64,000 nucleotides of DNA from Haliotis rufescens (taxonomy: Eukaryota). Positions 51,887 to 64,000 of this stretch are shown piece by piece. Under the pieces are notes generated by a model. It saw only the letters and a list, made by a program, of their open reading frames with translations, ran no database searches and was not told the origin of the DNA. Made by a program: the position numbers and the translations under genes. Every line of letters starts with the position of its first letter. The stretch's first letter is position 1. The DNA is taken from assembly GCF_023055435.1 (NCBI RefSeq), contig NW_025963879.1, forward strand, positions 24,924,001 to 24,988,000. Reading direction: 5' to 3'.

Positions 51887-54332
51887 ATGGCGACCTCCCA
51901 AAAGTTAACAGAACACTTCCTGACATGCACGATATGTACAGAGGTGTTTGACAAGCCCTGTACACTTGTATGTAATCACACCTTCTGTCGGAAATGTGTC
52001 GTCAACTACACCAAAACCAGACCAGAAGCCGTCAGTGCCAAGTCTCTCCTGTGTCCATTCTGCAGCAAGATGACGAAAGTGTCTTCCCCTGAGAGACCAG
52101 TGGAGGAGTGGGCGGATGACGTCAAGCCTATCTTTGTCATCCAGGGACTCTTGGACTCGTTTGGCCCCGGATCTAAAGGTGAGAGTTTGTGGTTTGTATG
52201 AATATAAATGTTATTTCGAAGCAGGTAACTCCACACCTGATTGGATTATAGGAATGTGTGTTGAGTGAGAAGATATTTTGTATGGTTTCAAAATGTATCG
52301 AAAGTCATTTATTAAGTTGTTTGTAGACTGTATGTAGACTATGAAATCGTATCGTGTACACTGTTTTAACAAGTAACAACGATTATCCGAACATGATTCG
52401 AAAGGGAGATAGTCTAAGGTCTATCTCAGACACAATCGCTATTTTCTTCTGAAATCTATATGGGGATTTCTATCAGTGAGACAAATCCAATGTTATTTAC
52501 ATACTTTTTCACATTACGTCGTATTGGGATGTTATTGATGCATGTTGTCTCACACGTGTGAGTGATATGCCACATGAAGTTCTGTAATAGATAGTGATAT
52601 AGAACTGTGACTATCTCTACATGATTACATTCCTATTTCAGATACGACTCACTGCAGTTATTGCAAGGAGGAAGGGGAGACAACTCCGGCTACATCTTGG
52701 TGCTCTGTTTGTGACGACGCACTCTGTGAACGATGTATACAAGTACACAGACGAATTCCATCTTTCCGTCACCATGACGTAGTTGATATGTCTGGAGAGA
52801 CAAAGGTTAGGGTCAAGAGAAAGGTCATGTGTAAAATTCACAAAGATGAAAACATCAAATACATTTGTAAAGATTGTAAAACAGCTGTTTGTCAAAAATG
52901 CTGCACAATCCATCACAGGAAATGTGACTTGGTTGTTGAAATTGAGTCGGAGATTCCTGCAATGAAAACCGAGCTGAGAAGGAATAAAGAGGATTTGTTG
53001 AAGAAACAAGACGAGATGAAAACACATGTTAAAAAACAAACCTCAAAAGTCAATGAAGAATTAACACTTTACTTACAAATAGAATCGAATATCAAGTCTG
53101 CAAGCCTCAAAGCAATAGAGATGATCAAAGTCAAGGAACAGAACCTTCTGGCTGAACTGAAAGCGATGTCTGACAGACACATTGGAGAACTGAAGGCAGA
53201 CATAAAGTCAGTTGAGATGTCAGTACAGATGTACCAACAACAGGCTGAGCTGATAGACCAGACTCTACAATCTGAGTGTGACATGGGTGTGTATGAGATG
53301 TACCAGGGATGTGAGGCCGGTGATGTGGAGGCTGTCGGAGTCGCAGACGTGAAAGAGAAGGGAAGAATAGCCAGGATCATGTTCAGACAGGACAAGGACA
53401 AGCTGAGTAGAGCACTGGACGATCTACAGCTGGGTGAGATAGACGTCCTGTATGAGGATGTGCTGGACCTGAAGGCTATTCCTGTGTTACAGGACACCAT
53501 TAACGTGCTGGACCTGAAGGCTACTCCTGTGTTACAGGACACCATTAACGTCAGAGTAGCAGGAGATACATATTGGACCAGCCCCATTGACGTGACGGTG
53601 TTTGTGGTGAATGGTAAAGACACAGTGGTAGTCACAGACTACAACAACAACAGTGTGAAGTCCTTCTATTCCAGGAACAAGCAGCAAGGTCACAGCAGAC
53701 TCAGTGTGGGTGGTCGTCCGTGGGGTATAACAAAGTTGACGGACAACCAGGTGGCTGTCACTGTGCCGTCAGCCACTCAGATTGTAACTGTGCAAGTCAA
53801 CCCTGACCTGGTGCTGCTGTCAGCCATCACAACCTGCAAACAGTACTGGGGTATAACGTCTCTGACACCATCAACACTAGCAGCAGGTTCCTACTCCCAT
53901 CCCTGTGTTGATATCCTGGGTATGACGGGACACGTGCTGAGGTCAATTTGTCAAGGCCAACCTAGTAGATACATCTTGAAGAAACCCTCCTTCCTCTGTA
54001 CCACGAGGACAGGAAACATCCTGGTGTGTGACCGGGGATCCGAGTGTGTCGCGTGTCTGACTCCCGAGGGAGATGTGGTGTTCACCTACAGCCCTACAGG
54101 AGACACAGCCCTGAAGTATCCATACGGTATCACAAGTACCAGCACAGGCGAGATCCTGGTGACAGACAGCCATCTACAAAGAGTCATCCATCTGACTGAG
54201 TCAGGACAGTTTGTTAGACACATGCTGACATCACAGGATGGTGTCAAGTATCCACGTGGAGTGTGTGTTGGTGGGCGTGGTCGTATGTACGTGTGTATGT
54301 CAGATGAAGTGAAGGTATTTACATATAAGTGA
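51887..54332 (+). CDS. TRIM-NHL-like E3 ligase copy 5, 660 aa
   Basis: Exons 51887-52178 and 52642-54332; intact frame and motifs. Confidence 0.93.
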
Positions 54333-57104
54333 GTGAACATGTCACAATCCTCCTTTCAATCAACTGTATTCACGTGTGAGTTGAGGATTTAGATTTGATA
54401 TGTGTCATTGTGTCTTAACCTTTAAGCACATTTCACTGTGTTTTAGTAAAATCACATTATATATTAGTGTTTAATCACTCATCTGAGCTTTGCTATTTGA
54501 ATGTGATGAATTAAGATTTAATCATACATGGTCTGTAAATGTACATATTATATTTGTAATCTAAATAGCAAGACACGGTTACTCACGTACTGCTTTTAGT
54601 CTTCAGATCTAATCTGAACATGTTTTCCATTTTATGTTTTACAAACTTCGACTGTAGGTGGATTTGATAAAATGTCATTACATCGAATACCAGATCCTCC
54701 GCATGATGTGTTTTTCATGTTTGCACCGCAAGCGAGTGTAACATGGAGCTATTCCTTCTGTTCAGGACTGTTTTGTGACAGATTTATATATCAAGCGCCG
54801 ATTTACTATTTATTCCTGATTTTACATCAATAATTCATTTAATGATACCCCAAAATGAATTATTGTGAATTATCATCATGCCAGTGTATTATGGATCTAT
54901 TCGTGATATCTGATATATCTGTGTAATATTTACATGACAGCCAGACTTATAGGCATTCTTACGACCACAATGATCCGGGCGACAGTTGCTGAGTTCGACA
55001 GGCTGATCGTGGCTGCACACCGCCTAACCTGTCAACGTGAAAAGCCCGTATTAAGCAGCCATTGTGACCAACCGATCACCAATTTAGTCACCTTGTTTGA
55101 CATGGGTACAAATCAAGGGACGAATTTAAGTATAATATCAGCCTCAGTGTTCCACAGAATTCCCTGGAACTACTATTGTACATATATACATTAAATGTAC
55201 TGATTGTTTTGGTAACTTACTGAACTGTTTCGCGTTATGAAGCACAGAACCGACAGCTCTCTCGTTTCTGTGGTGAGGACTTGTCACATTCACTTGGCTT
55301 CTGAGCGGTCGAAGGGAGATAAATCGTGATTGGATGTTTTGTGAAGCGCAATAAAATACAGTGAACGAAAATACACGTGAAGCCAGGCACATTTTATCAC
55401 ATAGAGTGCTGTTTATGTGTGTTGCAAATAAATGAATCGACTGCGATATTCAAGCTGCATGTATGACGGTAAATAATCGTGTATGATTGCGAGAAACCAG
55501 TGACTGACATCACAAGCAACATCCCAAGTCGTTGGGTCACGATGACACTGTATCAACCAAGTAGCGGAGTCTGACCATTTGGTCGCCACGTACGACACGC
55601 ACAGGTTGCTGAGGACCTATTCTAACTCGGAATCCCCACGTGGAGACCTTCATTGGCTGCTTGTTGTTCACTGCCAGTGCGCTAAAGACGCACAAAGGCC
55701 TTTTCCATATTCATAGGAAATCTCTGCGTTAATCAGTGTCGACTGTATGATTCCGACTATATCATGAGCAAGTCTTTATTGAACCCCATCAAATTATGAT
55801 GATACCAGGTGTTTGCTAAAAGGTGAGCGTATCCTGTCCCACCGGCGGCTCCCATTACCAGCAAGTCAGTTGTTCACCTGAATATACACTGAAACATGTG
55901 GTTTAAGTCCAAACAGGGAATTACATCTGACATCAGTTTCACTATGTTAGTTTTGCCGACATGGGCAAACTGAACATACTATACAATCAATAGAAGCAAG
56001 TGAACTATTCTAGAGCTGAGGGGGCTGTTCTCGACCTGTGAGCCGTTGTTTTGTACCCAGGTACATGCATCTACATGGTCACGATGTTCTCTCCTTTGTA
56101 TGTGTACCTTTCACTTCCCTGCAGACATAAAATTGTACCTAGTTTTTAGTGTAAATAAAGAAAATTTGTCAAAGCCTGCGTAACAGTAGCACCAGAATCC
56201 TTTTTTCCCCTTGTCGTTATCCCTTACTATATCGGTCACTCACTCTAAAACAGACTAACACAACGCATATTACTATGTCTGAATATGGACTGCTCAACAG
56301 GATATGATGGAATAAAAGTTACTGCACACAAGTTAATCTACCATGTGCCATTCAAAAAACAACAAGGGTGCTTCATAAAAATGACGGACTTTTTAATATT
56401 CACGAATTTGTACACCGAATCTATTCACGTTGTGCGAATTTCTGATGGACATGTCTGTCTGCGCATATTTGGAGTCCATACAGACAGGCATCTCTCAACC
56501 CACCTAGGTGTTTTGAAGAAAACTTTCGCTGATCAAGTAATGATCCGTTTTAGAGATACGGGGTTAGATATAGTTCATCATTAATCAAAATGTGCATCGT
56601 TCTAATATCAGTCATGTCGGAAATTTGAGTCTGAACACACACGTTAATACTACGTCACATATTGTAGGTACAGTGCTAGTATGCCCGTTGATGTCAGATC
56701 AGCGTTTATGAGATATACACATGGCCTATAAAATGTCATCAAATACTCAGGATTCCTAAGGTGGACTTGCTGGAGTGGGCTATGTTAATACCTGGGATAA
56801 ATCAGACCTGGGATAAGTGCAGATAAGGTATGATACATCAATCAAAGTCTATCATACCTTCTCTGGTATGACAACAATATTTGTTATATCTTTTCCTGAA
56901 ACATCCGAGGCTTCACAAATATTGCAGCTGTTTTCTTATCCCTTATCACTGTGATTCATGGACACAATCATTACTTTGAGCTGATAAAACTTCTACAAAA
57001 TGTGTACCCTTGAAAAGATAAAATGATGAAGGTAAATGATAAACTTAAGCCATTTTTAAGTTTGACACGTATACTAGTTGTTTGTTATTTTTATGCCACA
57101 GACA

Positions 57105-58065
57105 GAGCAGAGCAGTACCACCTATTGTCCGGGGACTGGTCAAATGACGTATCTGAGTCTTCCCCAGAGGTCATCATTGTACTGTTACAGGATATAAGGG
57201 GGAGGAGCAGAGCAGTACCACCTATTGTCCGGGGACTGGTCAAATGACGCACCTGAGTCTTCCCCAGGGGTCATCATTGTACTGTTACAGGATATAAGGG
57301 GGAGGAGCAGAGCAGCACCACCTATTGTCGGGGGACTGGTAATTGGCCTGTGGAGAAATCTAACTCCCAAACATTTCTGAAGATTATGGGTCCACTTGAT
57401 GCAAATGTCTGACACCACGTCCCTTGTTTTCACGTTGGTCTCTTGAACCATTACATCAAGTATCTCAACTTTGGTAAAATCAAGTAGCTTACCTTTGGTT
57501 ACATCACGTAGCTCACCTTTGGTTATATAAATTAGCTTACCTTTGGTTACACTAATACATTAGCAGACAACACTCATGCGTTAGGAACCCACACTAAAGC
57601 ATCAGATACACACACTAATACATTAGCATTAAACCCCCATGTATTAGGAACCCACACTAAAGCATCATGCAACCACACTATTACTTTAACAACCAACACT
57701 TATGCATTAGGAACCCACACTAAAGCATCAGACACACACACTAATACATTAACAACCAACACTCATGCGTTAGGAACCCACACTAAAGCATCAGGCACAT
57801 ACACTAATACATTAGCAACCAACACTAATGCATTAGCAGCCCACACTAATACATTATCAACCCACACTAATACATTCTCAACCCACACTAATACATTAAC
57901 AACCAACGCTAATGCATTAGCATCCCACACTGATGCATTAGCTACCCACACTAATTAATCAGCAACCAACACTAATGCATTAGCAACCCACACTAATACA
58001 TTAACAAACCACAATTATGCATTAGCAACCTACACTAATGTATTAGCAACCCACACCAACCCACA
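57105..58065. repeat. Satellite cassette: 100-bp (~2 units), 24-bp, 21-bp
   Basis: Same three satellites; the 24-bp array is fused directly to the 21-bp array at ~57550. Confidence 0.88.
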
Positions 58066-60197
58066 TCGTAAGCAGCAGTGTGTGGACATCAGTGTTTGGA
58101 ACACTCAATACCTGATTGTTGCTGCTGACCTGACGTGACGTGGTAGCCCCTTGTAGTGACGTCACATTCAAGAAGAACACGTGTTCTCGTGTCATCACTG
58201 ATTTTCAGTTAAACATTGATTGTAACTGTATTACATTGTTTCTGTTGACATTGCATGGAAAAAATTCAAGTGTACACGATATCCGTCTTTTCCTTTGGAC
58301 AAGAGGCCGCTCACATGACGTTCATAACGACACAACTTGATGTTCTTACGTGTTTAGGGGACCGTATTCTTGAAATGACATATACACCGACGGACTACTT
58401 ACACTTTCCTGGGGAACCCCTGGGAATTCCCTTACACGCATACACGAAAAAGCGTTGTTTCTGGTTATTTAGTGCCATTTTTCTTGAACTCAAACACTTA
58501 GCACACATTGAGAAACGTCAGAGTGTTTGACTGCATAATCGTTCACGAACCAAACCATCCAAACTATCGTAGTATCGACTCGATCCGTGTCTTGACTGAC
58601 AGCGACAGCCTACGGGAATCTATGGATTTACCTTAGTATCTTTATAACATTTTTCAATGATTGATAAGTGATAATTGATGACCAATATGTAACCGCCACA
58701 GGTTCATTGACAACTCGATATCTCTACTGTCATACCCGTCACATTTATCATTTTGTACTTAATGTAAATGTATTACGACGCGCTGACATTCTGACTGACT
58801 TATTGAGGTAAGACCATTTTCCTCTAAAGATGATATTTTCTTTATGCATTAGTTTTTAGTGATTTTTTTTATGTCACCACTGCCATCATATTTAATACTG
58901 CCATTGAATTTTGTACTACACTCTATTGCATACTTACAATGTCATCGCTGTGCAGTAACTTTATTAGTTGTATTTTTGATTGTATACCATTTGTTGGGTG
59001 TTTGTTTGTTTCACCCTAAATTCTTTTACAAACAAATTTCTGGGTTAACATATTGTTTTAATATGGAAATCGATACGTATCAATATGTCAAAATCCTACA
59101 TTGATGAGGAATGTTGATTTCATAGATGGAGAAACATCCCTGCTTATACAACATGGGTCTATCGTGCTATTGAATGGCAGCCAACACGTGGAAGGCAATC
59201 AGTCAACTGTTCTAAGGTGCAAGTGGAAAGACATGTGGCCATTTAAATGTAATAAACTTGCTGTTCAGCGTAATAATTTTGTACTTACAACACAGGACAT
59301 ACAAAATTGCATAAAAAACATTTCTTGCAATAACATCACATATCACTTCCTGGTTTCATATAACAGAAAAAACTGCTTATCTCTTTGTAACTTTAACCAA
59401 CTCCATGTACATGACATTTGTCTCCGACTGATAATGTTGTGCTGTCTATCATGTAGCCCACGGTTCTCAGTGGTGCAACAGTATTGTACTTGTTGCATCA
59501 ATTAAACATGCAATATAAAATAAATAACAAATATAATAGTTTATATTTAATTCGAATTTTATGTACTTCTGCTGTGCTTATTTAACACGAATGATTTACT
59601 ACACTGTATAAAATATGCTGCTTGCGTGTGGGATAACAGGTCGCTCTGATTCACTGCGGTGCTACAGCGTGGGCCTGCTTTCAGAACCTCCTACTTGTTG
59701 TCGAAATCCACTTCTGGTTACACACGTGCATTCGTCACCACTCGACTCTTTCCGTAAACTGCGAGAAGCTTGTCCCGGAATGACACGAGTTGGTCACGAA
59801 CGATTCACTTCCTGCTGATCAATTTCCCTCAACACCAGGTAAGTGTGTGTTGTCACAAGGCATGTGTCTGCTTCAGTTATAACGCTACACACCTGTCCTA
59901 CTGTGTACTGGTAACACCACAAGGGTTCATCTAACTATACAGTCATCTCCAGGCAGATTCTCATGACGGGGCACCTAATTGAATATAACATGTAGGCTAA
60001 CCGGAATACTTCAAAGATCCATTTTAAACTACTTGATTTCAATACTGAGACTGATCCCGATGTATGTGTATGTATATATCACGTGTGTCTGTTACAGTTA
60101 TTAGTGACATGATTCAAGACAAATGCTGCAGTAAACAATATCAGAAAATACTTCTACATAACCATATTATTTCACATCTGATAGAGTCCGACCTTAA

Positions 60198-62292
60198 AGG
60201 GGCACTGATCTAACGCAATTCCCCGGACTGGTTGTTGCCTTTGTTATTGTTTTTTTTCCCTGTGAGTACCCGGATGATACGCAACGCAACTGAGCGTGAC
60301 CAGAGACTGAGCCACCGTCTGCAAGGACAGCTAAATAAACTTGGAGCCTGGAGGCAATATTTGTTTTACGCATTTTTGCATAAACACCTATTGGTTAACC
60401 GTGATCTATAAAGATTTCGACAAAGGGCGCATGTTAATTAATTTCTTCAGCCTAAACAAACAGACAAAAAGGACGGCGGAGCTCATCGGATGTCGTCATT
60501 GTGAAATACCCCAGATGGTTATAGTTTAATACTGAAAAAAGTATCCATGCAGTGAAAGCATTTTCGGATTTCGGATTGCGTCGATAATACGATTATTACT
60601 CCCTAGTTGTCATCCACGTTTTCTGGTATAACCCCACACTTGTGTATTTGTCGTCATTCACTTGATGCTCAGTTAATGAATTTATTACAGGTACAATTAG
60701 TGGTAGCACCACTTAGATTACCTGACAATGGTTCCCATTTGGCATGTATTGTGTCCGGGGTAATTATTCAATCTAAATCCAGGTTTGAAGTGAGGTGAAA
60801 TGTGTGTTATGTAATATGCACGTGGCAGACCAGCAAGAGGTGAATGAACAGTTGATTTTTTGTTGTTGTAAATCAACGGATCGTTCCTAGTCATCAAAGG
60901 ATTAACAGAAAAAACGTTGATTGATTAATCACTGTTATCTTGCACAGTGGATATGTCAAAAGTGAGTGTTTACATCTCAAGGTTTACTAAAACAAAGGGA
61001 ATACACTCATATCATGGCGTGAAGTGCCGATGTAAAAACAACATACTTTGTTCAAAGGGTTAACTGATAATACGTTGATTGATTGATCATTGTTATCTAT
61101 CACTCAATGGAATTTTTAGGAACCGTGGACGTTATGAAAATAGTTGTCACGTGGGCTTTCTCAGCCGACCTTTGAGACTTGACACCTATGTGAAACACCT
61201 GAAACAATCCAAGTGATCAGTTGAGGAACGAACACGGGTTATAATATCCCGAAACGATATATATCTTTTAAAATATTTGATTGTTACAGAGATACGTGAC
61301 ATTGAATAAGTTTCTTTGTACAGCTGCAGACGAGTGGGATATTGTTTCTTTGTGTGGATATTCACGGATACATTCCTCGAACAAGGAAGCTGCCCAAAAA
61401 TTAAACACATAAATTTGGTAGGTTGTAATTATGGTATTTGCATTTTGTTTTCCTTCATTTGCTGTAGCATTGAACCGATTCCTCCTTGTTTCTCCACGTA
61501 TTGGTTGGGAAATTCTTCAATGCGCTATAGACGTTGTTTTCACAGGTCTTTTCCTTTATAGGAATATATAGGTGTATATATTACCGTCAATTTGTAAAAT
61601 GTGATTCTCTCAGGCAATTTATAAAATGTGTAAATATTTCAGTCAATTTTGACTAAAAAATCTGTCCAGATTGATTAAGACGATCAAAAGGGCCTACAAA
61701 CATCACAACAGATTATTTATGTAGGATTAGAAGCCAAACAACATAGAAATGCACTTTTCAACATAACATTTTCAGTCTCTTGGTGATGACATTAAACATC
61801 AAAATGTTTGGAATTCGTTATCATAAGGACACAGATGGAAATGCTTTTCAGTCACTTTGTAAAATAACTGAATATTAAGGCGTTTAATAAATTTGAAAAT
61901 GTTACATATTTTGACAGTAAAAAAATATACACACTATAAAAAAAGCAAGGCTCAGGTGAAATATTTACTTTGTGTTGAAAGTCAAAATAGTGTAAACGAA
62001 AATCGCAAAATTACCAAGCAAGTGACTTATCAAAACTTCGTCACCATTACCGATGCTACCCATAGAAATACCTACATTTCCTTATTATCTCGAAAACTGT
62101 GTTTCATTTTGTTTATCAATGTCACCATACGCCCTTATTACTACCCATAAAAGTGACTAATGCGCTTACGAATGGCGCAACAGAGGTTGCGTACTAGTCT
62201 AGATTTCTGCTATACATCCGGGTACTCACTGGGAAAAAACAATAACAACGGCAACAACCAGTCCCGGGGAATTGCGTTAGATCAGTGCCCCT
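60198..62292. mobile_element. Non-autonomous DNA transposon, ~2.1 kb, TTAA TSD, AGG termini (Kolobok-like)
   Basis: ~80-bp imperfect TIRs (aggggcactgatctaacgcaattcccc...gagtacccggatg and catccgggtactc...ggggaattgcgttagatcagtgcccct); TTAA at 60194-60197 and 62293-62296; absent from the other units; no transposase ORF. Confidence 0.88.
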
Positions 62293-62882
62293 TTAACGTC
62301 TCCCACTTTCGATATGGTAATGAGTGGATGTCACCCGACAACTATGTCCGTGATCGGTACACTGCACACTCTTCATGTTGTAAAGCCAGCGGGTGGCCTC
62401 GAGTTGAAAAGCACCATTCACAATCTTCTAACTGATCCCGGGTTTACACAGACGGGTCAATTGGTAAATATATACTGTTCCTGCAGGACCGCCGCGAGTT
62501 GAGAAACACACACACACACACACACACTCATATACGCGCGCACGCAAGCACGCACGCACGCACGCACGCACACATACAAATGCAGTCAGCCTAATTGTAA
62601 GGCAGAATGTTAGTTCTTAATTCATAAGATCTGCATACATCTGAAATAATGTTTTTTTATGAAACGGGATATTTGTTTATTTTTTCAAGATCCGGATGAT
62701 CCAGGCGGTGAATGGAATGATACTAATACACGACCTTAGTTTTGAACGGGACAACAAATAAGTGCCACAACTACAGTCGGTCCTAGTGTCACGTGTTTAA
62801 GAACAGTAAGCTCGGATTGTGGCTAAGATCAGTATGTTGTGTACACCGGAAATCGACGGCTTGTTTGTATTTAATAGGTAAG

Positions 62883-63064
62883 ATGACGACCTCCAAGAAG
62901 TTAACAGAAGACTTCCTGACATGCACGATATGTACAGAGGTGTTTGACAAGGCCTGTACACTTGTATGTAATCACACCTTCTGTCGGAAATGTGTCGTCA
63001 ACTACGCCAAAACCAGACCAGAAGCCATCAGCCATCTTGGACTCGTTTGGTCCCGGATCTAAAG
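62883..63064 (+). pseudogene. TRIM-NHL-like copy 6, RING exon disrupted (exon 2 lies beyond the window)
   Basis: Exon is 182 bp versus 292 bp in the other copies. The net 110-bp deletion removes the last RING Cys pair and frameshifts to TAA at 63060-63062. The donor aaag|gtgaga is retained. Confidence 0.88.
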
Positions 63065-63108
63065 GTGAGAGTTTGTGGTTTGTACGTATATAAGTGTGGT
63101 TCCACAAC

Positions 63109-63250
63109 TGAGTGAGCAAGTATGGTATACGGCCTTTTCACCAATATTCCAGCAATATCACGGCGGGGGACACCAGAAATTTGGTTTCACACATTGTGCC
63201 CATGCTTGGAATCGGCGTGACGATCGAACGCTTTAACCACTAGGCTACAG
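63109..63250 (-). mobile_element. Degenerate family A SINE in the copy 6 intron (same site as in the copy 3 intron)
   Basis: gagtgag...caatattccagcaatatcacggcgggggacaccag...ctttaaccactaggctac. Confidence 0.75.
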
Positions 63251-64000
63251 CTCTGCCCCGAGAGGTACCATAACATTTGATATGAATATAGAAACACGTT
63301 ATGTTTAAGGTTTCTGTGCTATATCGAAAGTCATCTATAGGTTGTTTGTAAGGTTTGTGTTGAATATGAAATCATATCGTGTACACGTACAGTGTTAACA
63401 AGTGGTAGCGATCCTCCAAACCTGATGATACAGGTGACATGACATCCGGTCGACGTCTATTACGCTGAGGATAAGAACGTGTGTAAAGTAAAGAAGAAAG
63501 TTTTATAGTTTCTGTGGATTGTGTAAACCTGTTGATGATGTTGTTTGAAGGGTTTGTGTACAAAATGAAATCCTATTGTGTACATGTGCTTCATGAGTAA
63601 CACCGATATGATCTAAGGTCTATCTCAGACACAAACGCTGTCTTTTCCATGATCTATGTGACGAAATTAACCAGTGCAACAAATCCAGTGCTATTTACAT
63701 CATATTTCACGTTAGCACTTATTGAAATGTTTGTGATGCATATTTTCTCATGATGTTCATGAGTTCATGATGCGCCACATGAAGTTCTATATGGAACATA
63801 ATTGCATGGCGCCGTGGTTCTTTTGGTTTTGGTTTGAGAAAGTTACATGGGATGAGTAGTTGGAAAGATGTAAACAAACTTCTAAAAGAAACTTTTTCTT
63901 TATCTCACAAATGTATTATGATATGCTTACATACAAAGTACATACATAACTATTTTTTAAAACATTCCTAGCTGTAAATTATTACACCAAACATTTTTAT

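Overview
Eukaryotic genomic DNA with spliced genes and one 148-N assembly gap. The SINE and satellite content and the gene family suggest an invertebrate, probably a mollusc such as a gastropod (inference). Most of the window is a head-to-tail array of ~11-kb duplicated units (ATGs at 3955, 15489, 30209, 40990, 51887, 62883). Each unit carries a two-coding-exon TRIM gene: RING, B-box1, B-box2, coiled coil and a six-bladed NHL-like beta-propeller, with no filamin domain. Four copies are intact, one is frameshifted at the start of the propeller, and one has a deletion in the RING exon. A single four-exon ARF/ARL GTPase gene sits on the minus strand between copies 2 and 3. The spacers hold 100-, 24-, 21- and 45-bp satellites, at least four SINE-like families, a MITE and a TTAA-flanked non-autonomous DNA transposon. 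The main finding is that the paralogs keep a near-invariant RING/B-box and propeller scaffold but vary strongly at the loops predicted to form one face of the propeller. These loop variants are shared patchwise between copies, a 15-aa linker varies from 1 to 3 copies, palindromic NF-kB and CRE sites lie upstream, and a conserved AG|GTAAGATG site could allow RING-exon skipping. Together this looks like an inducible, diversifying intracellular receptor/E3-ligase repertoire. A second candidate is a non-tRNA SINE-like element whose 5' end is a compact, apparently pseudoknotted RNA domain (possible ribozyme).
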